Source: Phormidium sp. (GTDB taxonomy: Bacteria > Cyanobacteriota > Cyanobacteriia > Cyanobacteriales > Aerosakkonemataceae). Taken from it: DNA of 64,000 nt. The translations under genes were made by a program, and so were the position numbers. The notes beneath the pieces were generated by a model, which worked only from the letters and a program-made list of their open reading frames with translations, did no database searches and was not told where the DNA came from. The DNA lies in contig CP143273.1 in the NCBI GenBank assembly GCA_051013385.1, positions 1,440,001-1,504,000 of the forward strand. The letters run 5' to 3'. Below are positions 9,714 to 19,744 of the stretch, piece after piece. Numbering within the stretch: position 1 is the stretch's first letter; the number at the start of each line of letters is the position of its first letter.

Positions 9714-12700
9714 ATGAAGTTATACCTTTTCGTAATTAAGCTTTTTAGTAGCAACACATTACTTTTTATCATAACTTCAATGCCAACAATGGCACAAGTT
9801 ATTCCAGATGCTACTTTGCCGAACAATTCTTTAGTTATCCAACAGGGTAATACCAGCATAATTGAAGGAGGAACGAGGGCGGGTGGCAATCTATTTCACA
9901 GTTTTAGCGAGTTTTCTGTTCCCAATGGTGGGGAAGTATTTTTCAACAATGCTGTGGATGTGCAAAATATTTTGAGTCGGGTTACTGGGGGTGCAATTTC
10001 TAATATTGATGGGTTGATTCGGGCAAATGGTGCTGCTAATTTATTTTTACTTAATCCGAATGGAATTATTTTTGGTCAGAATGCTAGTTTAAATATTGGT
10101 GGTTCCTTCATAGCTTCTACTGCGAGTGGTTTAAGGTTTGCCGATGGCACTTTTTGGAGTGCGAAAAACCCGCAATCTACACCTTTACTAACTGTTAGTG
10201 TGCCGATCGGTTTACAATTTGGAACTAATGCCGGAAGTATTGTTAATCGATCGCAAACACCAAGAAATGATGCTTTAACTTTCTCTGGATTGTCGGTACA
10301 ACCGGGCAAAACTTTAGCGTTAGTAGGAAATGGAATAACGCTGGAAGATGGAGGTTTGACGGTACTAAATGGGCGCGTTGAGTTGGGTAGCGTTGGTGAC
10401 TCAAGTTTGGTTGGATTAAATGCGATCGACCAAGGTTTTGCTTTAAGTTATGAAAATGTGCAAAACTTCCAAGATATTCAATTATTATCGCAAAGCTTAA
10501 ATTCTTCAGTATTTGGCGAAAATGTCCAGCTACAAGGTAGACAAATCATACTTAAAAATAGTCCTGATTCTCTTGATTCTTCACAGATTCGCTATCAAAA
10601 AGATTTAAATTTAAATGCTTCAGAATCAATAGAAATTAGCGGCAAAAGTATTGTCGGTTCTGCTACTGTTGATGAGCAAGCTGTGGGAAGTTTGACGATC
10701 GCAACCGGAAGTTTAACTATTCGTGATGGAGCAACTGTATCTGCTAGTTTAGGCGGAAGTATCACTGTGAATGCTTCCAAGTTTGTTGAAGTAAACGGTT
10801 TAGGTGAAGACAATAATTTTAGCAGATTATCAACTAATACTTCTGATGATATTCCTGGGGGAAATTTAACGATTACCACCAGAGAATTAACTGTAAAAAA
10901 TGGAGGAAAAGTTCTTACTTCTACTTTTGGTAGGACAGATGCAGGAAATATAATTATTAAGGCAACTGACTCTGTAAAAGTGAGTGAAGGAGGCGGGATT
11001 TTCGCTTTAACTGAACCCGAATCTACAGGGAATGGCGGCAATTTAACAATTGGAACAGGGCGTTTGGAAGGAACTGCGATCGCCACCCAAAGCTACGGAC
11101 AAGGTTTTGCTGGAAAATTGACTATCAATACTGTAGAACCTTTGCCAGAGGTAATAGAAAGAGGAATTATTCCCGATCGCACTCTCCCCATCAACTCCAC
11201 TGTAAAAGCAAGTTTCAACGCCACATTAATTGAGGGAGGAACACAAGTAGGAAATAATCTATTTCACAGCTTTGAACAGTTTTCCTTATCCACAGATAAC
11301 ACCGCTTATTTTAACAACAATTTAGATATTCAAAATATTTTCACTAGAGTAACAGGTAATTCCATTTCTAATATTGATGGTGTAATTCAAACCAATGGAA
11401 CTGCTAATTTATTTTTACTCAATCCCAACGGAATTATTTTTGGGAAAAATGCCTCGTTGAACATTGGCGGTTCATTTTTGGCAACTACAGCAAGTAACCT
11501 TTTATTTGCTGATGGTAAAGAGTTTAGCGCAACTGCTACTCAAACCACACCTTCCCTATCAATTAGCATCCCAACAGGCTTACAATTTAGTAACAATCCA
11601 GGGGAAATTGTCCATCAATCTACAGGGGAAACAGTTAATCAATTAACTGGTATTCGTAACAATGGTTTCCGCGTGCGAATCGAGGAAAATTTAGCATTAA
11701 TCGGCGGTAACGTGACATTAGATGGCGGTAATTTAAAAGCTATAAATGGCAGAATTGAATTAGGAGGATTAGCAGAATCAGCAACAGTTTGGTTAAATTT
11801 TGATGGCAATAATCTGCGATTAAATTATCCTAATGTTGCTTTAGGAAATGTATTTCTGAATCAAGCAGAAATTAGAGTTGATAATGACTTAAATAGTAAG
11901 GAAACTGGCGTTATTCGAGTTACGGGTAAGCAAATTAAAGCCTCTGATTCAGATATAGAATTTTACACAGATAAACCCGGAGAATTAGTCATTCTTAATG
12001 CTTCTGAATCTGTAAATATTATCGAGCAATCTAGAATTCAAATTGGCAGAAGTGGCAAAGTAGAAGGTAAAGTGGGAGATTTGATTGTTAACGCTTTAGA
12101 TTCAGTACAGTTAAAAGATAGCAGTTTGAGGAACGATGCCGATAGTGGAGGAAACATCAGCATCCAAACAGGAAAGCTAATTCTTATAGGAGAAAAAAAT
12201 CGTGCTTGGATAACAACTTTGAGTAGAGAACAACAAGGGGGAAATATCAAAATTAATGCTTCAGAATCCGTTGAATTAATTGGTTTAACTCAAATCACTT
12301 CTCAAACTTTTGGTATTGCCAGAGATAGACAAAGCTCTGCCACAGTCGGACAAGGTGGAAATATAACCATTAACACTAATAGATTGTTGATTCAACCCTT
12401 AGATAAATTCGGGATAATCACAACTTCTTCTACAGGTGGTGTTACGATTGATGAGCCTTTCACGCAAATTGGTAAAGCGGGTAATTTGACGATAAATGCT
12501 ACACAAGAAGTCGTATTAGATGGTAGAGCTAGATTATTAACTTCCACTGACACAAAAGGAAGTGCGGGAGATTTAACCATTCAAACTAGAAATTTAATAG
12601 TCAAAAATGGAGCACAGATCATAGCTGGGACTAACAGCGATGGTGCTGGAGGAAATTTAATCATAAAGGCAAGAGATTCTGTAGAAATTAGGGGAAAGTC

Positions 12701-13715
12701 AGCTAATAATTTAACTAGTAGTGAGTTGGGTGCAGGTAGCGGATTTAAGCTTGATAACAACTTAAGAATTGCGGGAAAGGGAACTGCTGGAAACATCAAT
12801 ATTGAAACTGGGCGATTGATTGTGCGCGATGAAGGTAGAGTTACTGTAAGTAGTTTAGGCGAGGGAAAAGCAGGTTCAATTAATGTTAAATCTAACTCCA
12901 TCTTTTTAGACAATCAAGCAAATTTAAAAGCTGATACTTCAGGAGGCGGAGGCGAAATTAATTTGAATGCAACTACCTTAATATTGCGCCGAGGTAGCAA
13001 CATTACTACCAACGCTACCGGAGTTGAAATACCCGGTGGTAATATTAATATTAATTCCGGCGTATTAATCGGTTTAGAAAATAGTGATATTACTGCTAAT
13101 GCCGAAGATGCAAAAGGAGGTAAAATTCAAATTGCAACTCAAGGTATTTTTGGTACAGAACTTCGCACTAGAGAGCAATTAGAAAGCTTTTTAGGCTCAG
13201 ATACCGTTTTAGATCCTAGCCGACTTTCTTCTAGCGATATTACTGCTTTTTCCCAACGCGAAGGGCCAAATTTACAAGGTACGATCGCCATTAACACCCC
13301 TGATATAGATCCCAATTCTGGATTAGTTGAATTACCCCAAAATTTAATCGATCCAAGTCTTTTAGTAGACAAAAGTTGTTCTCCTCAACAAGCACAAAGT
13401 ACATTTATAATTACTGGGCGTGGTGGTTTACCAACTCCCCCAAATGAAGCGCTTAATGCTGATAGTATTTGGGAAGATTGGCGGATCACATCTGATAGCA
13501 AAATTACCAGAGAATTAAATTCAAATACTAGTAAAATTTTAGAAAGTACCAATCAAAAACTAGAAACTATTGTCGAAGCCCAAGGATGGTACCAAGATGC
13601 TCAAGGCAATATAATCTTGACAGCACAAACTACTTCTGTAACACCTCAAGGCAGTTGGTTTAATTCTCCCAATTGCCCAGCAACAACTAAAGATTACTCT
13701 TCTAAGTTGCCATAG
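9714..13715 (+). CDS. Filamentous haemagglutinin family protein with two TPS domains
   Basis: NLFHSF/NPNGIIFG module at the N-terminus and again from residue 485 (IIPDRTLP, nt 11166). Confidence 0.88.
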   Translation: MKLYLFVIKLFSSNTLLFIITSMPTMAQVIPDATLPNNSLVIQQGNTSIIEGGTRAGGNLFHSFSEFSVPNGGEVFFNNAVDVQNILSRVTGGAISNIDGLIRANGAANLFLLNPNGIIFGQNASLNIGGSFIASTASGLRFADGTFWSAKNPQSTPLLTVSVPIGLQFGTNAGSIVNRSQTPRNDALTFSGLSVQPGKTLALVGNGITLEDGGLTVLNGRVELGSVGDSSLVGLNAIDQGFALSYENVQNFQDIQLLSQSLNSSVFGENVQLQGRQIILKNSPDSLDSSQIRYQKDLNLNASESIEISGKSIVGSATVDEQAVGSLTIATGSLTIRDGATVSASLGGSITVNASKFVEVNGLGEDNNFSRLSTNTSDDIPGGNLTITTRELTVKNGGKVLTSTFGRTDAGNIIIKATDSVKVSEGGGIFALTEPESTGNGGNLTIGTGRLEGTAIATQSYGQGFAGKLTINTVEPLPEVIERGIIPDRTLPINSTVKASFNATLIEGGTQVGNNLFHSFEQFSLSTDNTAYFNNNLDIQNIFTRVTGNSISNIDGVIQTNGTANLFLLNPNGIIFGKNASLNIGGSFLATTASNLLFADGKEFSATATQTTPSLSISIPTGLQFSNNPGEIVHQSTGETVNQLTGIRNNGFRVRIEENLALIGGNVTLDGGNLKAINGRIELGGLAESATVWLNFDGNNLRLNYPNVALGNVFLNQAEIRVDNDLNSKETGVIRVTGKQIKASDSDIEFYTDKPGELVILNASESVNIIEQSRIQIGRSGKVEGKVGDLIVNALDSVQLKDSSLRNDADSGGNISIQTGKLILIGEKNRAWITTLSREQQGGNIKINASESVELIGLTQITSQTFGIARDRQSSATVGQGGNITINTNRLLIQPLDKFGIITTSSTGGVTIDEPFTQIGKAGNLTINATQEVVLDGRARLLTSTDTKGSAGDLTIQTRNLIVKNGAQIIAGTNSDGAGGNLIIKARDSVEIRGKSANNLTSSELGAGSGFKLDNNLRIAGKGTAGNINIETGRLIVRDEGRVTVSSLGEGKAGSINVKSNSIFLDNQANLKADTSGGGGEINLNATTLILRRGSNITTNATGVEIPGGNININSGVLIGLENSDITANAEDAKGGKIQIATQGIFGTELRTREQLESFLGSDTVLDPSRLSSSDITAFSQREGPNLQGTIAINTPDIDPNSGLVELPQNLIDPSLLVDKSCSPQQAQSTFIITGRGGLPTPPNEALNADSIWEDWRITSDSKITRELNSNTSKILESTNQKLETIVEAQGWYQDAQGNIILTAQTTSVTPQGSWFNSPNCPATTKDYSSKLP

Positions 13716-13727
13716 GAGAAGCAAAAT

Positions 13728-16361
13728 ATGAAACGGTTTTTACGATTATTCATTCTGGCAATTTTCGGATTAATTTTAAGCCTAAGTATTCATCAAGGTT
13801 TTCCTGCAAAAGCTCAACTAACTGTGGCTAACAATTCAACTTTAACCTTGGTGCAAGCTGGCAAAAGTTACTACGATGCAGGGCAATTTTTGGAAGCAGT
13901 ACGCAACTTACAACAAGCTGCCCAAATTTATGAACGGAATGGGGAGAAAATTAAACAAGCACAAACTTTAAGCTGGCTGGCTTTAAGTTATCAAAAATTA
14001 GGAGATTGGCAAGCTGCTACTGCTGCGATCGAGAAAAGCCTTTCATTATTAAACTCAACAAGCGACAAAAACGAACAAGTTATCGCTCAAGTTTTGAATG
14101 CTCAAGGACGTTTGTTATTAGCTACAGGAAAAGCTGAAAGTGCTTTAGAAACTTGGCAAAAATCGACAGTTTTATATGCCAAAGTTGGTGATGAAATTGG
14201 GGTACTGGGTAGCCAAATTAATCAAGCTGAAGCAATGCAAGCTTTGGGATTACATAGACGTGCAGAAAAACTGTTTGCGGAAATCGAAAAAACGCTAAAA
14301 GCACAACCCGATTCTTTTCTGAAAGCGACTGGTTTACGTAATTTGGGAAAGGTGCTACGATTGGGGGGATCTCTTGATGAATCTCAGAGAATTTTGGGTT
14401 TAAGTTTAGCGATCGCCCAAAACCTACCCAACTCCACTCAAGCCCAAAGTGAAACCTTATTAAGTTTAGCAAATACAGAAAGAACTTTAGCCAAAAGAGC
14501 CGAAAATATCCAAGATATCCCCACAGCTGAAAAACACATTCAAGCTGCGTTAGAGAAGTATGAAAAGGCTGGTGCGATCGCAACTTTACCTCTCACCCAA
14601 ATCCAAGCAAAACTTAATCAACTAAGTTTACTGATCGAAACCAATCAAACATCTAATCTGCAACCATTATTATCTCAAATTTTCTCTCAAATTAACAGCT
14701 TACCTCCTAGCCGAGAATCAATTTATGCTGCTGTCAACTTAGCAGAAAACTGGTTAAAAATAAAAAATGAATTTGCAACTTTAGTCAACTCCCAATCTAT
14801 TGAAACAATCTTAGAAACTGCCGAAAAACAATCCGATAAATTATCAGACAAAAAAGCTCAATCCTACGTTTTGGGAACCTTGGGTAAACTATCCGAAAAA
14901 GAGCAAAATTGGGCAAAAGCCAAAAACTTTACTCAAACAGCATTACTACTCGCCCAACAGATTAACGCTCCAGATATTACTTATCAATGGCAATGGCAAC
15001 TAGGGCGTTTCTTTCAAAGTAGCTTTAACCAAAATGCTCCAAATAAAGAAGCGATTTCTTACTATACAGAAGCCTTTAACACCTTAAACAATTTACGCAG
15101 CGACTTAGTTTCTCTCAATCCCGAAATTCAGTTCTCTTTCCGAGAAAACATTGAACCAGTTTATCGAGAATTAGCCAGTTTACTTTTACTTTCTCCCAAT
15201 CCAAGTATTGATAATCTAATTAAATCTCGCAATGTAATGGAAGCGCTTCAATTAGCCGAAATTAACAACTTCTTTCGAGATGCTTGTGCTACAGCAGAAC
15301 CAGTAAATATTGATGAATTAGATCGACAAGCGGCAATTATTTATCCAATTATTCTCAAAGAAAGGTTAGAAATTATTGTTAAATTGCCCGGAAGAGACAA
15401 CTTACGGCACTACAGCACAAATATATCTGAAATTCAAGTGGATAATGCAGTGGAACAACTGCTAACTTCTCTGACTAAGCGCAGTACCAGCTTGAGTAAA
15501 ATTAAAAAAGATTCCCAACAAATTTATGATTGGTTAGTTAAACCTTTGGTAACTGACTTAGAAAATAGTGCTAATCAAAAATCAATCAAAACTTTAGTAT
15601 TTGTCTTAGATGGCTCATTAAGAAATATTCCCCCTGCTGTTCTTTTTGATGGTGAACAATATTTAATCGAAAAATATGCTGTAGCTGTTACTCCTGGGTT
15701 ACAATTAATTAATCCCAGACCTTTATCTAGAACAAATCTCAAAGCAATTATTGCCGGAGCTTCTAATGCCCCTAGTTTTCAGGCAGAAGGACTTAGCCCG
15801 ATCGATAATGTAAGTATAGAATTAGCCACAATAAGAGAACATATTCCCGAAAGCGAGAAGTTAGAAAATCAAAATTTCCAACAAGAAAAAATTGAGACTG
15901 TAATTAATTCTGCTCCCTTTAATTTAGTACATATTGCCACTCATGGTAAATTTAGTTCCAATCCAGAAGATACTTTTCTGTTAGATTGGAACAAGCGGAT
16001 TAAAGTTAAAGATTTCGATAATTTGCTGCGACTAAAAAAGTCAAATGAACCAAATTCTCTAGATTTGCTTATTCTCAGCGCTTGTGAAACAGCCGCAGGT
16101 GATAAACGAGCGGCTTTAGGATTAGCAGGAATTGCAATTAGAGCGGGAGCAAGCAGCACTTTAGCCACATTATGGCAAGTTAACGATGCTTCTACAGCTG
16201 AATTTATGGCTCTGTTTTACCAACAATTAAACAACCCACAAATTAGCAAAGCTTCGGCTTTGCGAAATAGCCAAATTGCTTTTTTAACCAAGTACCCCGA
16301 TGCAGATTATAATCGCCCTTATCATTGGGCGGCTTTTACTCTTGTCGGGAATTGGTTGTAA
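13728..16361 (+). CDS. Secreted TPR-CHAT (caspase/HetF-like) protease
   Basis: Signal peptide ending PAKAQ; TPR-like helices; catalytic motifs HIATHG and LSACET; ends HWAAFTLVGNWL. Confidence 0.9.
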   Translation: MKRFLRLFILAIFGLILSLSIHQGFPAKAQLTVANNSTLTLVQAGKSYYDAGQFLEAVRNLQQAAQIYERNGEKIKQAQTLSWLALSYQKLGDWQAATAAIEKSLSLLNSTSDKNEQVIAQVLNAQGRLLLATGKAESALETWQKSTVLYAKVGDEIGVLGSQINQAEAMQALGLHRRAEKLFAEIEKTLKAQPDSFLKATGLRNLGKVLRLGGSLDESQRILGLSLAIAQNLPNSTQAQSETLLSLANTERTLAKRAENIQDIPTAEKHIQAALEKYEKAGAIATLPLTQIQAKLNQLSLLIETNQTSNLQPLLSQIFSQINSLPPSRESIYAAVNLAENWLKIKNEFATLVNSQSIETILETAEKQSDKLSDKKAQSYVLGTLGKLSEKEQNWAKAKNFTQTALLLAQQINAPDITYQWQWQLGRFFQSSFNQNAPNKEAISYYTEAFNTLNNLRSDLVSLNPEIQFSFRENIEPVYRELASLLLLSPNPSIDNLIKSRNVMEALQLAEINNFFRDACATAEPVNIDELDRQAAIIYPIILKERLEIIVKLPGRDNLRHYSTNISEIQVDNAVEQLLTSLTKRSTSLSKIKKDSQQIYDWLVKPLVTDLENSANQKSIKTLVFVLDGSLRNIPPAVLFDGEQYLIEKYAVAVTPGLQLINPRPLSRTNLKAIIAGASNAPSFQAEGLSPIDNVSIELATIREHIPESEKLENQNFQQEKIETVINSAPFNLVHIATHGKFSSNPEDTFLLDWNKRIKVKDFDNLLRLKKSNEPNSLDLLILSACETAAGDKRAALGLAGIAIRAGASSTLATLWQVNDASTAEFMALFYQQLNNPQISKASALRNSQIAFLTKYPDADYNRPYHWAAFTLVGNWL

Positions 16362-17364
16362 CATTGCCAGCAATTGATGCTAGTGCAATATTGGGTCTGA
16401 CGGCATAATGGGGTAAAATATAGTTTAGGATAAATTTTATCCCATTAACGATAATGCAATTTTGGCAGAATTTTTCATCACCAATATCAACAGAAAAGCA
16501 AAATGTCACATATAACTAATCCCATCACTCAAGAAATTTCCGATCGTTCCCATAAAATCTTCAACCAGCACTGGGAAATATATCAAAAAGTTTTTTAGCA
16601 AAATTATATGAAACATCAAGAAATAGGTGATACACTACACCATTTCTTAGTCAATAATTTTCAAAATTCATTTAACCTACTTGACCTTGGCTGTGGCGAT
16701 GCTAGTTTATCTGCTGAAGTTTTATCTAATACTATGAATGCCTCCTACCAAGGTGTAGACCTCTCTGAATCAGCTTTGAATATTGCTCGTACTACGATGA
16801 AAACTATTCCGGGGGAACATAGCTTCGTCCAAAATAATTTTATCAACGTTGTAACTGAATTAGCTCGCAATCAGACCGAAAAATTTGATGTTATTCTCAG
16901 TTCCTTTTCACTCCATCATCTCAGTAGCGAAGAAAAGGACTATCTGATTGGTCAGCTTGTTCAGATTTTAAAAGAAAAAGGTGTTTTTATCCTAGTTGAT
17001 ATTGTTCTTAAAGAACAAGAAACCAGAGATAATTTCCTAAAACGATATCTTAATTATGTATTAACCGAATGGAATTTAATCACTCCTGAAGAATATATGG
17101 TAATTGAAAATCATATAACTTCTAGTGATTTCCCCGAAACTCAGGAAACTTTCCAAGTATTAGCTAAAAAACATAATTTTAGCCGCTTAGAATGTCTCCA
17201 TCTAAATCCGTTATATACTGAACAAATTCTCTGCTTTTACAAGTAACTAACTGAGCCTTTATTAGCGCGATCGCAATCTCTTCGGTTTCAGACACCCAGC
17301 TTCTAGGAGAAACTGGGTTTATTTGTTAATTTTAAGGAGAATTGGTTGTAACATTGCCAGCAAT
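16349..17364 (+). repeat. 26-bp exact direct repeat (16349-16374 and 17339-17364) bracketing the methyltransferase
   Basis: GAATTGGTTGTAACATTGCCAGCAAT at both sites, 990 bp apart. Confidence 0.9.
16503..17246 (+). pseudogene. Class I SAM methyltransferase with an in-frame TAG at codon 32
   Basis: ATG 16503 reads MSHITNP...WEIYQKVF*QNYMKHQE in frame with the LLDLGCGD ORF at 16608; TAG at 16596-16598. Confidence 0.7.
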
Positions 17365-18123
17365 CGGTTCTTTTGCCAAAGTTTGTAAACCGATATTGCG
17401 ATCGCTCAACAACTCAACCCAAATTTTCTCAACTTCCGCATTTTGCGATCTATTTAATCGCAGTTGAGCTAATTCAGTTAAAGCATCATACCAGATACTA
17501 TTTTGTGCATAAGCTGCTATTTTTTCTAAAGGATTTTGTGCAGATTTTAAGGCATTTTCCAGATTGCTAGAAGGTGAAACTCGTCGCACTATCCCAGTCA
17601 CAGAAGCAGGAGCAGTTCTAGCTGTTCTTTGTGTATTAGGGCAATTAATTTCAAAGTACCAACGGTAAGTTTTTCCCACTTCCAGAGGTTTTACAGTTGC
17701 AGGAAGAGTGACGCTAACAATTCCTGGGGTAGCTGTTAATTGAAAGCGACTTCGATAAACATCTTCATCCCCATCTTGCAAGGAAAACTCCCCGCTAGGT
17801 GCTTCCTCTGAAGTATAGGGTATATAAACCCAAAAAGTAGGGCGTTCTTTAGTAGTTAACTCCAAATTGTTAGCACCAACCAAAGCCGTTAGCGGCGGAT
17901 TATCCTGTTTATATAAACAGTTACCACGACTACCAGTTCCTTGGTTAGTTCGCGGTGTTCCCCTATCTGGCGGATCTGGATTTGCCAAAATAAAACGAAT
18001 TTTTATTTTGTCAGCGTTATTTGTACTTACTTGCTCGGTTTGGGCAAGGGATGGCGGTAGACTAATTACTGCACTTATTAGTACACAGCTAATCAAAAAT
18101 ACTGGCTTCAATTTGCTATACAT
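17332..18123 (-). CDS. DUF928 family exported protein
   Basis: Signal peptide; PPDRGTP..GTGSRG-C; PTFWVYIPY; YRWYF; IWYDAL. Confidence 0.88.
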   Translation of the reverse strand: MYSKLKPVFLISCVLISAVISLPPSLAQTEQVSTNNADKIKIRFILANPDPPDRGTPRTNQGTGSRGNCLYKQDNPPLTALVGANNLELTTKERPTFWVYIPYTSEEAPSGEFSLQDGDEDVYRSRFQLTATPGIVSVTLPATVKPLEVGKTYRWYFEINCPNTQRTARTAPASVTGIVRRVSPSSNLENALKSAQNPLEKIAAYAQNSIWYDALTELAQLRLNRSQNAEVEKIWVELLSDRNIGLQTLAKEPIAGNVTTNSP

Positions 18124-18169
18124 AGGCTAGTTTTAAAGTAGCGATCTATACTATCAAAATGATATGCCC

Positions 18170-18202
18170 AGATCCCCGACTTCTTCAAGAAGTCGGGGAT
18201 CT
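18170..18202. repeat. Dispersed palindrome, copy 2
   Basis: AGATCCCCGACTTCTTCAAGAAGTCGGGGATCT. Confidence 0.85.
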
Positions 18203-18205
18203 CGA

Positions 18206-18955
18206 TCAACATTTTAGTTTTTGCAGTGCTTGTTCAATTGCAGATGCAGCCAGTGGAGCCATAATGTCATAGCCTTTGGTGTTAGGATGTAAGCCATCAT
18301 CTGCTAGATCTGCCCTTAGCATTCCCTGTCGATCGAGCATTTGGCTGTAATAATCGAGGTAAATGTGATTCTGTTCTAGACAGTAGCGTTGCAGCCAATC
18401 GTTGAGGGCGCGAATTTTAGTGGGTAGATGTATTGGCGATCGCGCGATCGAATTATAGTCATTAATGGGTAAAACTGAAGCAAAAATAACTTGAATTTGG
18501 TTAGCTTGCGCGAGTTCTGCCATTGAAGCATAGTTATCTTCAATCATCGCCAATGTCACCAAACCTGTGTTACCTGCGATATCATTTATTCCGGCTAAAA
18601 TTACCACCACTTTTGGTTTAAGCGCAATCACATCGGGGCGAAAACGAATTAACATTTGCTGCGTAGTTTGCCCAGCAATCCCGCGATTAATGTAAGGTTT
18701 GTCAGGGAAATATTTGGCTAAATCCCAAAATTCAGTAATCGAATCCCCAAAAAAAACTATCCGATTTTCATTCATATTCGGAGGCGGAAGTAATGCGTTA
18801 GCTTGATGATAAAAGCCTAGTTCTGCCCAATCAGTTAATCGATGATTTAGTTTCTCAAGTTTTCGTATTGGCAGCCGAGACAAAGCTGGAGAAATCCAAT
18901 CAAACAAAATCCATTCTTTGATGACAACAGTTGCAATACGAAAAGCACGTTTCAT
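18206..18955 (-). CDS. SGNH/GDSL hydrolase
   Basis: FFGDSIT, NRGIAG, AGINDI, DGLHPN blocks. Confidence 0.9.
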   Translation of the reverse strand: MKRAFRIATVVIKEWILFDWISPALSRLPIRKLEKLNHRLTDWAELGFYHQANALLPPPNMNENRIVFFGDSITEFWDLAKYFPDKPYINRGIAGQTTQQMLIRFRPDVIALKPKVVVILAGINDIAGNTGLVTLAMIEDNYASMAELAQANQIQVIFASVLPINDYNSIARSPIHLPTKIRALNDWLQRYCLEQNHIYLDYYSQMLDRQGMLRADLADDGLHPNTKGYDIMAPLAASAIEQALQKLKC

Positions 18956-18998
18956 AAATTCAAGTATTTTCCTCTGTTTGGTTCAATGTATCATTAAA

Positions 18999-19742
18999 TT
19001 ATATAGACAATTGAGTTGCTTTCATTCCACCAAACAAAGCTATCTCTAAAACTTTAAAGTAACAATCAACATTGATAAACCCGATTTCTTTCAACCATTC
19101 ACATTGAATTTCTAAAGGTGCTAATATATTCGCTACTTTATCAGGTCTGTGGTAAAATTCTTGAGCAATATCTTCTCGGCTTTTCCCTGATTCATTGCGT
19201 TGATGGAACTCATACAACGAGTCGATAAAAACCTCAGAAAAAGCTGTTTCCAACCATTTACTAGGCGATAGAATATGTTCTAAATTCAAGAATAAACCGC
19301 CTGGTTTTAGCAAACTATAAATTTCCTGATAAATTTCCCTTTTCCGTTCATCAGTTTGGTGATGAATTGCAAAACCGGAAACGATTAAATCAAAATTTCC
19401 TTGACTTTCTACAGCATTTATCCAATCTTTAACGCCAAAATCTTGAGAAATAAACTCTGCATTTTGACTATTTCCCAGTTTGCTTTTAGCTGCGGCTAAC
19501 ATTGTTTCGGAAAAGTCCAAAAATACCCCTTTAGCAGTTGGGTATTTAGCCAAAATTGCTCTCCCTAAAACACCATCACCGCAACCTAAATCTAAAAAAC
19601 TTTCGACTTTTGGCAGAGCTAAGTTTATAATTTTTAGCATCAAATTAATTTGCTCTGCTGCCAGGGGAATACCTCCGCGTACTCCTTCGAGAAAAGTTTG
19701 GGCTAATTGGGCATTTTGCCAAGCGGTATCTGTTCTAGTCAT
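18999..19742 (-). CDS. Class I SAM-dependent methyltransferase
   Basis: FLDLGCGDG, SGFAIHH, LKPGG. Confidence 0.88.
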   Translation of the reverse strand: MTRTDTAWQNAQLAQTFLEGVRGGIPLAAEQINLMLKIINLALPKVESFLDLGCGDGVLGRAILAKYPTAKGVFLDFSETMLAAAKSKLGNSQNAEFISQDFGVKDWINAVESQGNFDLIVSGFAIHHQTDERKREIYQEIYSLLKPGGLFLNLEHILSPSKWLETAFSEVFIDSLYEFHQRNESGKSREDIAQEFYHRPDKVANILAPLEIQCEWLKEIGFINVDCYFKVLEIALFGGMKATQLSI

Positions 19743-19744
19743 AG

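Noticed and set aside
7216..13372. Many minus-strand ORFs inside the FHA genes
   Set aside because: Antisense shadows of repetitive Gly/Asn/Ile-rich coding sequence, with no independent motifs.
17920..17975. DUF928 GTGSRG as a PatS-like RGSGR peptide
   Set aside because: The residue order differs; GxxRG is the ordinary DUF928 family motif.
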